In this document: piece after piece, positions 35,983 through 48,737 of the stretch | Layout of the letters: every line of letters begins with the position of its first letter | Position numbering within the stretch: the stretch's first letter is position 1 | From: Podarcis vaucheri | Taxonomy: Eukaryota | Reading direction: 5' to 3' (one strand) | Assembly (NCBI GenBank): GCA_965113315.1 | Contig: OZ220374.1 | DNA length: 64,000 nucleotides | Notes under the pieces: model-generated | Database searches by the model: none | The model's input: only the letters and a program-made list of their open reading frames with translations | Told to the model about the DNA's origin: nothing | Position numbers and translations under genes: made by a program

Positions 35983-36574
35983 TAAGCCTCATGGAGCACA
36001 ATGTGACTTTCTTTTACGTCACCATGCTTATTGGGCTTGCTTTTTATTATTTGGTCCAGTAGATACCTAGGACAACTTCTTCATACAACTCTCTGAGCAA
36101 GATATGAACTGTCTCATATGAGATATTGAACTTGATCCAGGCAGTTGAACATTTAATGTAATTCTTCCCAGCTGAAAGCAATTGGACCTAAGCAACAAAT
36201 TTGGTCCTCACACTTACTTGGGAATAAGTTCCACTGAACTCAATGGATCTGAGTAGACATGCATTGGACTGCACAGCTATAAGGAAGGGTCAACTTTGGT
36301 TGGATCATGCCAACTAGAATTAATAATTCAAGGCATTTAGACCAATATGTAGTATACTAATAATAATGTCAATAATACTACTGCTGCTGCTACTAATAAT
36401 ACTACTAATAATAGTAACCCAGCCTATATGTAGCGATTCAATTTTATTCTCACAGCTCCCCTCAAGGATCTATTAATGTTGCATCAAGACAGGGTTCATT
36501 TCTTCCCTTGGAGTGATGATGTGAACCAGTGTTTCCTTGTGCAGTCCAAGCGGTTCTCCAGTATCATTTATGTA

Positions 36575-36940
36575 CCGTATTTATTACCCGTTCTTCGCCC
36601 TACGGTTCTTGGACAGGATACAACAGTAAAGCACAACATTAAAAATAGCTGAAAACAATCATAAAAATAAGGTGGATCCAGAAAACATACACCTCAAGTG
36701 TCAGAAGCCAGGATAAAGAGGGACTAATTCAGCATCCTCCGGAAGCTGTCTAGTGAAGGTGCTAGATGCACCTTTGTTGGGGTGGACTTCCATAGCTTAG
36801 GGTCTACCCTCACCACAGCCTCTGAGGGCAGAGGAACTACCAAGAGGGCCTGATCTGTCAATTTCAGCACCCAAGGCGGTCTGTGGGGAAAGAGGCAATC
36901 TTTCAGATACTTGGAGCCTGAGTCATTTAGGGCTTTAAAT
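36575..36940 (-). mobile_element. Old L2 LINE 3' remnant
   Basis: Its tail resembles the one at 30540-30690. TTTAGGGCTTTAAA (FKAL on the minus strand) is typical of L2. Confidence 0.55.
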
Positions 36941-36977
36941 GTGTGGAATATTTAGGACTTTAAATGTGTGGAATATC

Positions 36978-37672
36978 CAGTAGTGTAGTGTGGGTTGCTG
37001 GCACCTGGGGCAGGGCAAGTGTTGCATCTCCCTGGTGGTCTGGGAAGCAGTTGGTCCCTTCCGGCCAGCCTCTAAGCAAGGGAGTCTCTCCTTGCAAACT
37101 AGCCCCAGCCTTGGGAGATAAGGCAGAGAAACACAAAGCCAGGAGCGCCACTGTCACCTCACCCTCCTGTCCTTGCAGCAAGGCTTTCTGGCCTTCCTCC
37201 CTCCCTCCTCGGTGGGTGGTGCTGACAATGCCCCCCCACCTCCTCACCAACCTTGAAGATGATGAAGAAGAAGAAGAAGAAGAAGAAGAAGAAGAGGAGG
37301 AGTTTGGATTTGAAATCCCGCTTTATCACTACCCTAAGGAGTCTCAAAGAGGCTAACATTCTCCTTTCCCTTCCTCCCCCACAACAAACACTCTGTGAGG
37401 TGAGTGAGGCTGAGAGACTTCAGAGAAGTGTGACTGGCCCAAGGTCACCCAGCAGCTGCATGTGGAGGAGCGGGGAAGCGGACCCGGTTCACCAGATTAC
37501 GAGTCCACCGCTCTTAACCACTACACCACACTGACCCAGCCCAGGTGTGGCTTCCCTCCCTGGAGATCTGACCTCAGTAAGGGAGCCTGTCATGAAGGCA
37601 CCTGATTGCACTCCTTCAGAAATTTGTATCCAGGGCCATGACCCCCGTCCCCCGTCTCATGCTACTCTACTG
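36978..37672. mobile_element. hAT MITE containing a nested SINE
   Basis: The left 43 bp match the 21954 element. The right end is ATGCTACTCTACTG. Perfect 8-bp TSD GGAATATC at 36970-36977 and 37673-37680. Confidence 0.85.
37255..37533 (-). mobile_element. CORE/MIR-like tRNA SINE (Squam2-like) with (CTT)n tail
   Basis: Minus strand starts CAGTGTGGTGTAGTGGTTAAGAGC, has core GGGTGACCTTGGGCCAGTCAC, and ends in the GAA repeat at 37255-37301. Confidence 0.88.
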
Positions 37673-39183
37673 GGAATATCCTACAACATTCTCATTGCAA
37701 TGCAACACAACCATTTTTTCTACCATATCTATCCTAGCCTCATTGACTCCAGAATGCAGCCAAAGTTTCATGGCATGGTGACATCGGGCATTCTCTCTCT
37801 TCAACTTTCTTCAGAACCTCAACTCTTATATTCCTTTCCAAACTGGGGCACAACTCACTGGGGATTCCCCACTCTACCTCTCTGTGCCAGCCCTGCTGCA
37901 AGGAATAGGGAGCAGCAACAACCCCAAAACTTTATATGACCACCGCAAAACTTTATGATTCTCGGGGTTCCTTCCAACTCTACAATTCTATGACCAAGGG
38001 ACGGATTCTGCCCCCTGTCCCTTCTTCTGGCCTTCCAAAGACCTGCCTCTGAATCACTGTTGGCATTCGCGTGTCTTCTTGCCCTAGCTGAGCTAACGCT
38101 GGGCAGGAAAGCTGAGGGAGGAGGGAGGAGGGGTCGGTTATCACACAACCCCACTAAAGGAATTTTGAAGAAATGGTGGTAGCTCCCATAAAGTTGACAT
38201 GGGAACGAGTGTGTCGAATTCATAACCTTGCTGTACAACAGTCCCGAGTTTGTTGAGCTCCCTCTCTGCAGCGCCTTGTAAAGGTGTAAGGACACCTTCG
38301 CAACACAAGCAGCGTAATGTTCTCGGCTCAGCGCCTTAATTATTTCCAGATTTCCAGAGCCCCCGCCGCCGCCCCCGCCCGAAGAAGCGGGTTTCTCGAG
38401 GCGAAGCTGTGTCTGCGTTTCAAACAACTCGTGCCTTTTGCAAACCCTAAACTTCCTAATTGCAAACGGCAGACTGATGCGACGCTCCCATGTCAGAGCT
38501 TTCGTTTTTCAGAAGAACTTGTAAATGGCAGGATAAAGAAAACTCCTTCCCCCCCCCCCCGCCTTTACTCCCGGCCACCTCCAGACTGGTAGCTTAATTA
38601 AAGCGGAATTGAAACAATCGACACTTAAAAAAAAAAAAAAGTGTGTTTTTTCGCCTTTCCCGGAGAAACGAAAAACAGCAGCCAACCAGCCGCTCTGGCA
38701 ACAGAACTTCTTCAGAGAGCAGCAAACAAGAACTTCTTAGCATATTAACATTTTTAAAAAATGAATTCTGGAAGCAACGTGGCTACTTCTCCCATCCCCA
38801 CTCCAAAAATTTAAATAGTTTTGTTTTGTGTCTTCAGAGCCTGTTATTTTTTAAAAAATTAGTCTTATCTACAACCCCATTTAAGCTGCCAAACATATTC
38901 GCTCTAGTTCGTCTGAATTCAGTGAAATGAAACAAAGCTACATCTCGCATATACACAGTATATGTGGCTTCTCGATGGAGCTCTGAAATTGTATTATTAG
39001 TAGGAGTATTATTAGTATTATTAGCAATATCATCGTTAACATTCCTGGCAGCATTTTATTTATTTCGCAACCCGACCAGAATGAAGCACATTTAAGCCCT
39101 ACTGATTTCAATAGGACACTTGAAGCACTTCCTTCATTCTCTCATCACTTAAGGTCGGTGGGACTTATCCTGCAAATCCCACA

Positions 39184-39351
39184 CATGTTCACTCGGAAAT
39201 AAATCCTGTTGAGCCCAATGGAGCTTATTCCCAGGTAAGTGAATTCAGGATTGCAGCCTCAATTCTGTATATCGAAGGCTGCAATCCTGTACTCACTTAT
39301 CTGGGAATAAGCTCCACTGGGCTCAATAGGATTTATTTCTGAGTGGACATG
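39184..39351. repeat. 76-bp inverted repeat formed by two short Harbinger-like MITE copies
   Basis: Arms 39184-39259 and 39276-39351 with 7 mismatches and a 16-nt spacer. AGGCTGCAATCCT termini are shared with repeats at ~30130-30440 and 50793-50880. Confidence 0.85.
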
Positions 39352-40515
39352 CATAAGATAGTTTCTTGCGCATTGACTTGAGAGTATACCCAACTGGATT
39401 TAATGGAACTTGCTATAAAAATGTTTAGGATCAGGCTACGGTGGAGGGGCGGGAGGAATCGACGGTATTTCTGCTTCTCTTGGTTGGGAAGCAGTATGCA
39501 GTTGTATTAGACAATAAAAAGCAGTATGTCTTAAAACAATCTGATCCAATAATCGTCTACAGATGAACAGAAATTACGGGCTTGGCTCAAAAACTAAATG
39601 AGGACAACGTTTGGTTTTCACTTTTGCATTCCCGATATACATTTATATTAACAATTCCTCCTTTCTTTCTGACATACACACTTTTCTCTAGATTGCGAGA
39701 AGCAAAAATAATCCAGGAAGAAAATCGATCAGACTGCCTTCAAATTAGGATATGTAACCTAATGGTGAAGCTGGGAACCGGCTGCACACATTCCCTGAAT
39801 TTTATTGTACTGCCTCTTACCCAGAGTTCGCTGTTATCCGGTACTCTTAGGCAAAAATTCGGCTTTCTCCTTTGTTTTGCTCAGCTCCAGTTTTTATGCG
39901 ACTCTGTGTGAGTGGCCAGATTGGCACTCATTAATAAATAAGAAATATTCTGTGTCATAACAGATGCTAGTCCTACTCACAGTAGACACATTGAAGTTAG
40001 TGGACATAAATTAGGTACATGACTTTCAATAGGTCTACTCTGAGTAGAAACTACTTGGCTGCAACCCTCTCGTCTATTGTTAGAAGGTCTTTGGAATTCA
40101 GTGAGGCCTTTCGCATATTTGAGTCTAATACCTTAATCTATGCGAAAATGTGGGTTGTATTAACTCCTTTGTTCCAAAAATTAAAACAGAGAAAGTAAAC
40201 CTCTCTTCCTTTTCCTCCCCTTTCCTTTAAATACGAAATAATATCAAGGTCTATCTTAAAACAGCGAATGAATCTTCTTCCCTTGCTAGTCAAACCTCAA
40301 ATTAAAATCCATCCAAATGGCAAATAAACATTTGATTTTATTTCTTTTTTGCTGTTGTGCTCGCACAGCTTTTAAATAGCTTTGTAACACGGTATCAATA
40401 TTCAGTCTTGTAGCGAGGTGCACAAATTTATGCCTGTGAGAGTGAAGTGGAAAAATATTTTTTATTTCTCGGCTGGAGAAATATTTAATGCTACACACAT
40501 ATATTAAAAGACAAC

Positions 40516-40741
40516 NNNNNNNNNNNNNNNNNNNNNNNNNNNNNNNNNNNNNNNNNNNNNNNNNNNNNNNNNNNNNNNNNNNNNNNNNNNNNNNNNNNNN
40601 NNNNNNNNNNNNNNNNNNNNNNNNNNNNNNNNNNNNNNNNNNNNNNNNNNNNNNNNNNNNNNNNNNNNNNNNNNNNNNNNNNNNNNNNNNNNNNNNNNNN
40701 NNNNNNNNNNNNNNNNNNNNNNNNNNNNNNNNNNNNNNNNN
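40516..40741. other. Assembly gap
   Basis: Run of N. Confidence 1.
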
Positions 40742-42774
40742 AACATCGAAGGATCATCCAGCAGAACCAGCCGCATTGGGATAACACGTCGCAACTCAGC
40801 ACAGACTTAGGCTGCCAGGTAGGGAAGATTTAACTGCTCCTAAATATGTACTGGATTGTGATATACGCATAATATATACACATGCAAAATCTATGGATCT
40901 CTGTTATTGTAGACATGCATTTCCCCGAAGTCTATTAAAATAATTTAAAGCCTATATTAATTTATATTATATAACTGAAGCTAACCTTCCCGAGTATTCA
41001 TTTACTGAGGTGAAGGACGATCGTTATTTATTTTTCCAGTCTCACCTACATAGCTATATCAAATTTTATCTGTGCCACGATAACTTAATTGCCCGCTACT
41101 GTGCGTCTGCCGAGAGCGCAGGGGAAGGCGAAAGGTGTCTTAACTGCCAGTAAACCCTTTGGATATATGGGCAAGGTGTCTGTTTGTACATTGGCGATAT
41201 TTCTTAATTAGAAATCTGTTTCCTCCTGAGAACTATTCTCACTTTTAAGGAGGCGAAGGTAGCAACCGGCCGGCTTCAAGAAGCCGTGTAGGTGAGTTCA
41301 TCTTTTGCGGCTTTAAGTTAACGCCGTGTCTCTAAAGAGCAAGATGAACCTTTGGACCATATATTGTACCAAAGCAGAAATTGCAAAGTAAACTCATTTA
41401 CCACCTGGGCGTCCTTGACTTCAGCTGATTAAAGTGTGGTCCGGAGTGTGTGCTCAGCTTCCCCGTGTTATTTAAACACAATCACAAAGTAATAAAAAGC
41501 AGTCCAGTTGCGTGAGCAGAACGATCCCCACCCTGGAGGAAAAGTGCGGGGGTGGGGAGAGAAAGCAGGAAAAAATAAAATAAAAATCCAGCCTCAATTT
41601 CTAGCTTGAAATTGCAGAAATCCTCCTTAGAATGAAGACAGGGGTGTGTATATATCTCTCATTTTCCCCCTTCCTAAAGGCAAAAAAGACGTGTTTCGTT
41701 ACCCAAAGGGATAGTGGACTCCGAGCAGAGGGGGACCCGACATTGGAAAAGGAAAGAGTCCTCTCACTATCATTAACTGGGAAGACATCTAGTGGGAACG
41801 TCTTGCAACTGCAGCTCCACCAGCGAGCAGTGATCATCCCGGACCCGGGAATGTGGGTTGCGCAACCTCTCTCTTCCTTTCCTCTGGCTTTGCATTCTGA
41901 CTGTGCGTTTAATGGCACGAAGGCGTCCCGCCTCGGCCACGAAGCCTCTCCGGAAGAGCTGCGGCCTTGCCATCCCATGAGTGATGAGCAGCCCGTCGCA
42001 GAGACTTCTTCGGCTCCTCCTCTTCTCAGATCAGCAACTCCAAATGCCAGTCCGGCGCGGTACCCCTCCCCCAGGACGTGCCCAGCCCAACAAACACCCA
42101 CTCAACGCCCCAGATCGAGTTCAACTTGGCGACACTGTTGTGCCACTCACTTTCCCAGAGGGAGCTCTGAATTCAGGAATAGATATTTTAGCGTGAGTTT
42201 GCGTTGACCTTTCACGAAATGCTTGCAGCAGAGAGCGCGACAAATCAGAAGGTTTTGGAGGGGTGAGGGAGTAATTCAAGCACAGGTTGAATCCAGCATT
42301 ACTTGCATCTCTGTGCTCCTTTTATGTAAGTTCCCTTTCGCAGAACAATGAGGGGTCTATATATACCATATTACTGCTATACTTTCTGTCTTTATGGAAG
42401 TGATGGGCTCCTCCTTCTCCCCTGGGGACAGGATTCCAAATTGTTTATCCCAGTGCTAGTAAGTGCAGAGAAATTATAAGACAGCTGGGGCTATAGCCAC
42501 TGAAATGGTCTGTGCCCCCAATCGCAGATGAGAGATCCCATTTTAGGCAATGTTAAAGGTGGTCTATTCATAGATGAGAAGGGTTATTGGTTGGTTGTTG
42601 TTGTTTTATTATGCGTTTTGTGTTCTCATTTTGTATTTTCATGTGTGAATCACCCTGTGATCTTCAGATGAAGGGCTGTATACAAATTTAATTGATAATA
42701 ATAATTAACAACTAATCTTAGTAATAGATTAGTTTAGATGGAGCTAGGAATATGTATGCACCTAAGGGACATGA

Positions 42775-43078
42775 GGGACATGGGTGGCACTATGGGTTAA
42801 ACCACAGAGCCTAGGGCTTGCCGATCAGAAGGTTGGCGGTTCGAATCCCCGCAACGGGATGCTCGGTCCCTGCTCTTGCCAACCTAGCAGTTTGAAAGCA
42901 CATCAAAGTGCAAGTAGATAAATAGGTACCACTCCAGTGGGAAGGTAAACGGTGTTTCTGTGTGCTGCTCTGGTTTGCCAGAAGTGGCTTAGTCATGCTG
43001 GCCACATGACACCAGCTCCCTCGGCCAGTAAAGCGAGATGAGCACCGCAACCCCAGAGTAAGGGGTCCCTTTACCTTT
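42775..43078 (+). mobile_element. Sauria SINE (internal deletions)
   Basis: Head, B box GGTTCGAATCCC, body and CCTTTACCTTT tail. Approximate TSD TAAGGG(TC)ACATGA. Confidence 0.92.
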
Positions 43079-43954
43079 AAGGGTCACATGAAGTATGTAT
43101 CTTCTTTATTATTCTTAAATATCTGCCTTTCCTGGAAGGAGATAGAGTAACTGTCCTCAGTGGTGCAGTTAAGTAATTTTATACTCTGGACTTAATGGTG
43201 TTCCAGACAACCCTACCTGCTCTTTCAATGGTAATTCAGATTACAGGCAATTCTCATTGTTGGGGGTGGGCCCTCCTCCACCCCATTCTGCCCTGCCCTG
43301 CCCCCATTCCATCCCATTCTTCCCCCCTTCCATGATGTCTTTATGAAGTTTTGGGGCTACTTCCAGGTTCTGCACCATGTGTGCAATCATGCATCATTTG
43401 GACATGCCTAAATTGGCTGTTGCTGTACTTTGCTTCCTTGAAAATATCGTCTATGCTGTATTTGGAGGGGTCCTCCTACTCATTCTGTTGACATCTGCCC
43501 CAAAGACCTACCCAGATGGCACCACAGACTTCCCCTGGCCTTACACATAGAAGTGACCTCATTAGAGAAGTAACTGCAATGATATCAAATAACTAAGGCA
43601 GTAACATTTAATGTAAGATTAATTGATCTTAAAATGTTTAGTTTTAAAGATTCTCCTGTGACTCACCCAACAGATTAAAAACATCTATTATTTTTATATG
43701 AGGACTTGCAGATGGTAAGCACTATTTAAAAAAAAAAAAGACATTCCCTCTTTTTCTGCTCTATTAGAAGGAATTGCACTTCTAACATTATGCCTCCTAT
43801 GGCACAAACCTGTGTCATCTAAAAACAAAAGAAGCATGCTTCTTTCTTCAGAACAATTGATTTCCCCCACATTTATTTAGTCACTCATTCATCACATTGA
43901 TATCCCAATCTTCCCCCAAGGAACTCAGCGTGACACAAATGGTTCTTCCAAGCA

Positions 43955-44435
43955 AGGGCTGTGGCTCAGTAACAAAACATCTGCTTTGCAGGCTGAAGGT
44001 GTTAGGTTCAGTCCCCAGCATCTGCAAACAGAGCTGGGAATATTCCTTGCATGAAATCCCAGACCCTCCAAGTATCTCTATTTTCCAGGGAGAGCCCTGG
44101 ATTTACAGAAGCTGTCCCAGTTTCTGATTTGATCCCAGAATGTCCCACTTTTCCTTAGGGTGTCCCTATTTTCATTGGAGAAATGTTGGAGGGTATGGAG
44201 TTATCTGACCTCTGAGCTGTCTGAAGGCAGTATAGGAAGTTTAATATTTTCTTATGTTTTTCTATACGTTGGAAACCGCCAAGAGTGGCTGGGGCAACCC
44301 AGTAAGATGTGTGGGGTATAAATACTGTAGTAAAATTATCATTATGGAATGGAATGTCCCTATTTTCTTCAAAGAAATGTTGGAGAGTATGAAATCCTGT
44401 AGACCTCCTGGCAGTCAGTATAGGCAATACCTAAA
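43955..44435 (+). mobile_element. tRNA SINE (Squam3-like) interrupted by a composite DNA transposon
   Basis: GGGCTGTGGCTCAG...CATCTGCTTTGCA...GGTTCAGTCCCCAGCATCT...TGAAATCC|...CAGTCAGT.TAG.CAATAC. Confidence 0.65.
44060..44391 (-). mobile_element. Second copy of the composite DNA transposon carrying an L2 tail
   Basis: TIR CAGACCCTCCAA / TTGGAGAGTATG. Internal second end at ~44160-44197. AAATCC duplicated at 44054-44059 and 44392-44397. Confidence 0.75.
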
Positions 44436-44584
44436 TCCACTCCTGGTTTTCCCTTGCACTTTCTTAGTTTCATCAGCTTAAGGTCACATACACACCATAC
44501 ATTTAAAGCACATCACACCACTCTGACATGTTGGGATGTGATTAGTTGCTAGGAGAGGATGTCTCTATTAGATACATCCTCTCC

Positions 44585-44787
44585 TAAACGGTGTTTCTTT
44601 GCGCTCTGGGTTCCATCAAGGTGTCCCATTGTGCCATAACTGCTTTAGTCCTGCTGGCCACATGACCCAGAAAGCTGTCTGTGGACGAACGCAGGCCCCC
44701 TTGGCCTGAAGTGAGATGACTGCAACACCCCATAGATGCCTTTGAATGGACTTAACCATCCAAGCGTCCTTTACCTTACCTTTACCT
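44585..44787 (+). mobile_element. Divergent (older subfamily) Sauria SINE 3' half
   Basis: GCTGGCCACATGACCCAGAAAGCTGTCTGTGGAC and CCTTTACCTTACCTTTACC tail. Flanked by a CTATTAGATA repeat. Confidence 0.75.
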
Positions 44788-45274
44788 ATTAGATATGATC
44801 CTTACTTTCTCACTTTTGTGAGTGCAGCAGAGTGCCATCCCTTTGCAGTGTAAAAGGCTAGTTTTAGCCTTTTAGCTTTAGTAATTCTGGATGCCTTAAG
44901 GCAGAGTAGATTTTTCTAGCATTACCCCCCTTTTCTTGCCCTTAAAATAATAATCATACCCAAACAGTCTTGTAAAAGGTGAAAATAACATTTACTCACT
45001 CAGTTTACGTCTTGAGGAATAGCATGTGGGGATATTTACAATGTGTTCAAACCAGCAATGCACGTTTGCTACATAGGCACATGATAGGAGCTGAAGCTCA
45101 CAGAGTTTTCCTGTAAGTTTGCTAGAGAGGACTCTGAGAGAGACACTCCCACTGTACCCTGGGAGAGGGAGGACATAACCATATATATTCTGCTTGCCGG
45201 CCTGGGCACATCTTCTTTTCCCTCTGTTACTCTTCATTTCATCACCACACCAAAAATATGAGAACTGCTACTGT

Positions 45275-45603
45275 CTGTGGGTTAAACCACAGAGCCTAGG
45301 GCTTGCCAATCAGAAGGTCAGTGGTTCGAATCCCCACAACGGGGTGAGCTCCCGTTGCTCGGTCCCTGCTCCTGCCAACCTAGCAGTTTGAAAGCACATC
45401 AAAGTGCAAGTAGATAAATAGGTACCGCTCCGGCGGGATGGTAAACAGCATTTCCGTGCTCTGTTCTGGTTCGCCAGAAGTGGCTTAGTCATGCTGGCCA
45501 CGACCTGGAAGCTGTAAGCCAGCTCCCTCGGCCAATAAAGCGAGATGAGCGCCGCAACCCCAGAGCCGTCAGCGCCTGGACCTAATAGTCAGGTTACCTT
45601 TTT
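45275..45603 (+). mobile_element. Sauria SINE (first ~15 nt missing)
   Basis: Matches the other copies from CTGTGGGTTAAACCACAGAGCC to the TTACCTTT tail. Confidence 0.93.
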
Positions 45604-46039
45604 ACTGCCTGAGCTACCACTTAGACTCCATCTTAAGCTACCCTAGCATCTATACATATCCCTGTGTAAGTGATACAACAGCTAGGTGCAGGCAGGTTTA
45701 AAATGCTAATTGAGTTCCTGAGACATTCAAAAGTCTAGCTTCAAAATGGAGTGTGAGGTAAAGCTCAGAGTTACAGATGCTCTCACATTACAAACATGGT
45801 GGAATACAGAGTGTGACCAGGCAGGGAGGAGCATGTATAGTTACACTCTCTTCCTGTCAGGACACAATAGGGAAGTGATCTCACAGAGTTCTCTCTAGCA
45901 AGTTTACAGGAAAGCTCTGTAAGTCTCAACCCCTTCATGCGCCTATCTGGCAAAACATGAACTGTTAGTTTGACTGCAATAAATTTCCCACAATACTGAG
46001 CTAGATGAACCAAGGTCTGGATCTGTTCTAGGCAGTTTC

Positions 46040-46210
46040 TTACATTCCTGCTCCCGATTTCATCCTCATGACAACTCTCTTGGGTTGGTTAGGCTCAGAG
46101 ATTGTGACTGGCACAAAGACACCATCATATTTCATGGCTGAGTAAGAATCTGAACTTTGGTCTCCCAAGCCTTAATCCAACACTCCAGGTGCTACACCAT
46201 AGTGGCTCTC
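46040..46210 (-). mobile_element. Degenerate CORE/MIR-like SINE
   Basis: Similar to the 21586-21810 element on the opposite strand. Confidence 0.6.
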
Positions 46211-46700
46211 TCTATGCAATTTTATGCAAGTTTCACAGATTAGTCAACTCACATTTCTTCAAATGAATGACAGATCTACAAACAAGGCAAATGCACAAGA
46301 AGGTAAACAGAAATAAAACCATCCAGTGATTCACACATAACCTCCTCATGGAAATGGAAGCAAACAGGGTCTCTTAGCTTCCATGTTGGTGCCTGCTGTG
46401 ATGTTTAAAGAAGGTTGCTTATGTTTAAAATATACACCACACTTTTCTTTATACAATAAGCTGAAAGCAGCTTATCCCCCCAAAAAAACCCCCAACAAAA
46501 TAGTTAAAGTTACAATAGAAGAAACCCTATTCAATTTACCAAAACCATTTTTGTACATTAGAACCAAGTGCAGGATAAAACAATTCAGGATAAAACCAAG
46601 GAAACTGAATTTTAACCCACCCAAATGCTCAGCAACCATCTTTGATACTCACCTGATACTCGGGTGCCTGCTCTTTCCTGAGGGGGCTTATATAACCTGG

Positions 46701-47048
46701 GTAAAGGTAAAGGTAAGGGACCCCTGACAGTTAAGTCCAGTGGCAGATGACTCTGGGATTGCAGTGCTTATCTCGCTTTACTGACCGAGGGAGCCGACGT
46801 TTGTCCGCAGACAGCTTTTCCAGGTCATGTGGCCAGCATGACTAAGCCGCTTCTGGTGAAACCAGAGCAGCGCATGGAAACACTGTTTACACCTTCCCGC
46901 TGGAGTGGTACCTATTTATCTACTTCTAGGTTGGCAGGAGCTGGGACTGAGCAATGGGAGCTCACCCCGTTGCAGGGATTTGAACCGCCAAACTTCCAAT
47001 CGGCAAGCCCTAGGCTCAGTGGTTTAGACCACAGCGCCACCCACATCC
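46701..47048 (-). mobile_element. Sauria SINE
   Basis: (GGTAAA)n tail and conserved body. 10-bp TSD TATAACCTGG at 46691-46700 and 47049-47058. Confidence 0.95.
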
Positions 47049-47393
47049 TATAACCTGGATGCCACTATAGAAAAGGCCCTGTGAGCTAAGAAAGGACCTT
47101 CTTTCACTTTAGGACCTTCTTTCATTATGACCTACATTATAGGGCTGTTGTAAGGTTTGGTGAAAGAATGCATGTGAAGCAATTTGAAAAGTCTAAAGTA
47201 CAAGATAGTGTTGGTTGTGGACATGACAGATCTGAAGAAGGGTACGTTTTCAAGTATGTTAATCAAAAAAAATTAGTTGTATACAAAATCACAAGATAAT
47301 GCAACATCTGTTTCTTTGTCACTCATGTCCTAAACATTTAATGATTTTATAAATGACACCATCCAAAAAATGGATTTTAGGGCCAGTATACAT

Positions 47394-48209
47394 TATGGTT
47401 ACCAGACGTCCCCGTTTCCCAGGGACAGTCCCCGGATTAAAAAAATTGTCTCCAGACAAAATCCATCGCAGGAATGTCCCCGTATTTCATTTAATGTCCC
47501 CGGATTTATATTTTAAGTGTTGTAGATTTATTAGCAGGGAATGAATGTTGCATGATTGGTTCAACGGCACAAGACACATCATATGGGGAATTCCAGTGAG
47601 GCAAAATGGCGGGCATCACAGCAGCGTGCAGCTCCTGAAGCTAGCCAGAGCCAACTGCGCTACCAGGCTGGTTCCGGGCTGCTGAGACTGCCACTGCTGC
47701 TGCCACTGCTGAGGGGGAACTGGGGACGCCCGGCGCATCAACTGGGGGAACTGCTGACACACACACACACCATGTGACCCAAATCAAGCAGGGAGCGAGA
47801 GCACCCGGCCACCTGACCGACTGCCCAGCGGCACTCTGGGGCCAGGAAAACCCCGGAGCTGATGCAGGGATAAGGAGGAGAGGAGAAGAAGAAGGAAGAG
47901 AGAGAAAGAGGAAGAAGGGGAAAAAGGGGAGCCCTGACTGCCGCTGCCGCTGCTGCTGAGAAGGAGAAGCAGGAGAGCACCAGGAATGCAAGGACACGTG
48001 GCTGAGCCCAGGCCCAGTTTGAGCCTACTCCATGGTGGCTAGCACTCCAAGAGAGCAGGCCAGGGCCCAGAGGAAGGCCATGCAACAGAGGAGACCACAG
48101 AAGAGAAGATATTACTACTTCTTCTTTTTTAAATAAAAAAATAACTTTTTTTCTCTTTTCAAAAAAGAAAAGTGTCCCCAAACTCTTTGGAAAAAATCTG
48201 GTAACCTTT
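47394..48209. mobile_element. Non-autonomous hAT element (Blackjack-like ends) with GC-rich internal segment
   Basis: TIR core GGTTACCAGA / TCTGGTAACC with subterminal GTCCCC repeats. Perfect 8-bp TSD GTATACAT at 47386-47393 and 48210-48217. Confidence 0.88.
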
Positions 48210-48737
48210 GTATACATATGAATGTAAACTGTGCATATCAATAGGAAACATAACCAACAATACCAAAATTTGAGAGGTGTAAAACAGATCAGTTGGCTAA
48301 AAATACTATAATTGTGTATACCTAGGTAAGTATATACGCTTTGACCCAGCCCCGGAAAGAGTACAATGTCAGCGCCTGGGCAAGGGTGTTGCAAGGTACT
48401 GACAAAATTCATTCAACAGGTCCATGACACAAAGGTTCATAAATTCTACAGATGCTAACTCATGTTTTACAGATGCAAATTGTGGCTGCCTGTCAAGGCT
48501 TACCCTGAGATATGGAGTGCCAAGAGGATTTTGTGGGCCCAGTGCGCTGCATGTGAATTGAACCCTCTGCCACACTCACAATTTATTAGTAAGAACAGCC
48601 GTTTATGTACATGCTGAAAGTAAAACAAGTGCATCTAGCCAAACTGAGATGGTGGGTAGATGGTGTTTCAATGGCACTATGCTTTGTAGTACACCCAGTC
48701 ACCCTGTAAGCAAAGCCAAAGAATAGTAATAGTGATG

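Noticed and set aside
37855-38427. 190-aa minus-strand ORF with poly-Gly
   Set aside because: Runs through a GCC tract and a CR1 tail relic, with no coding signature.
40488-40802. ORFs spanning N runs (also 48586-49401)
   Set aside because: Artefacts of assembly gaps.
41632-42207. 191-aa (+) and 166-aa (-) overlapping ORFs
   Set aside because: GC-rich regulatory-type sequence with no domain similarity or convincing splice context.
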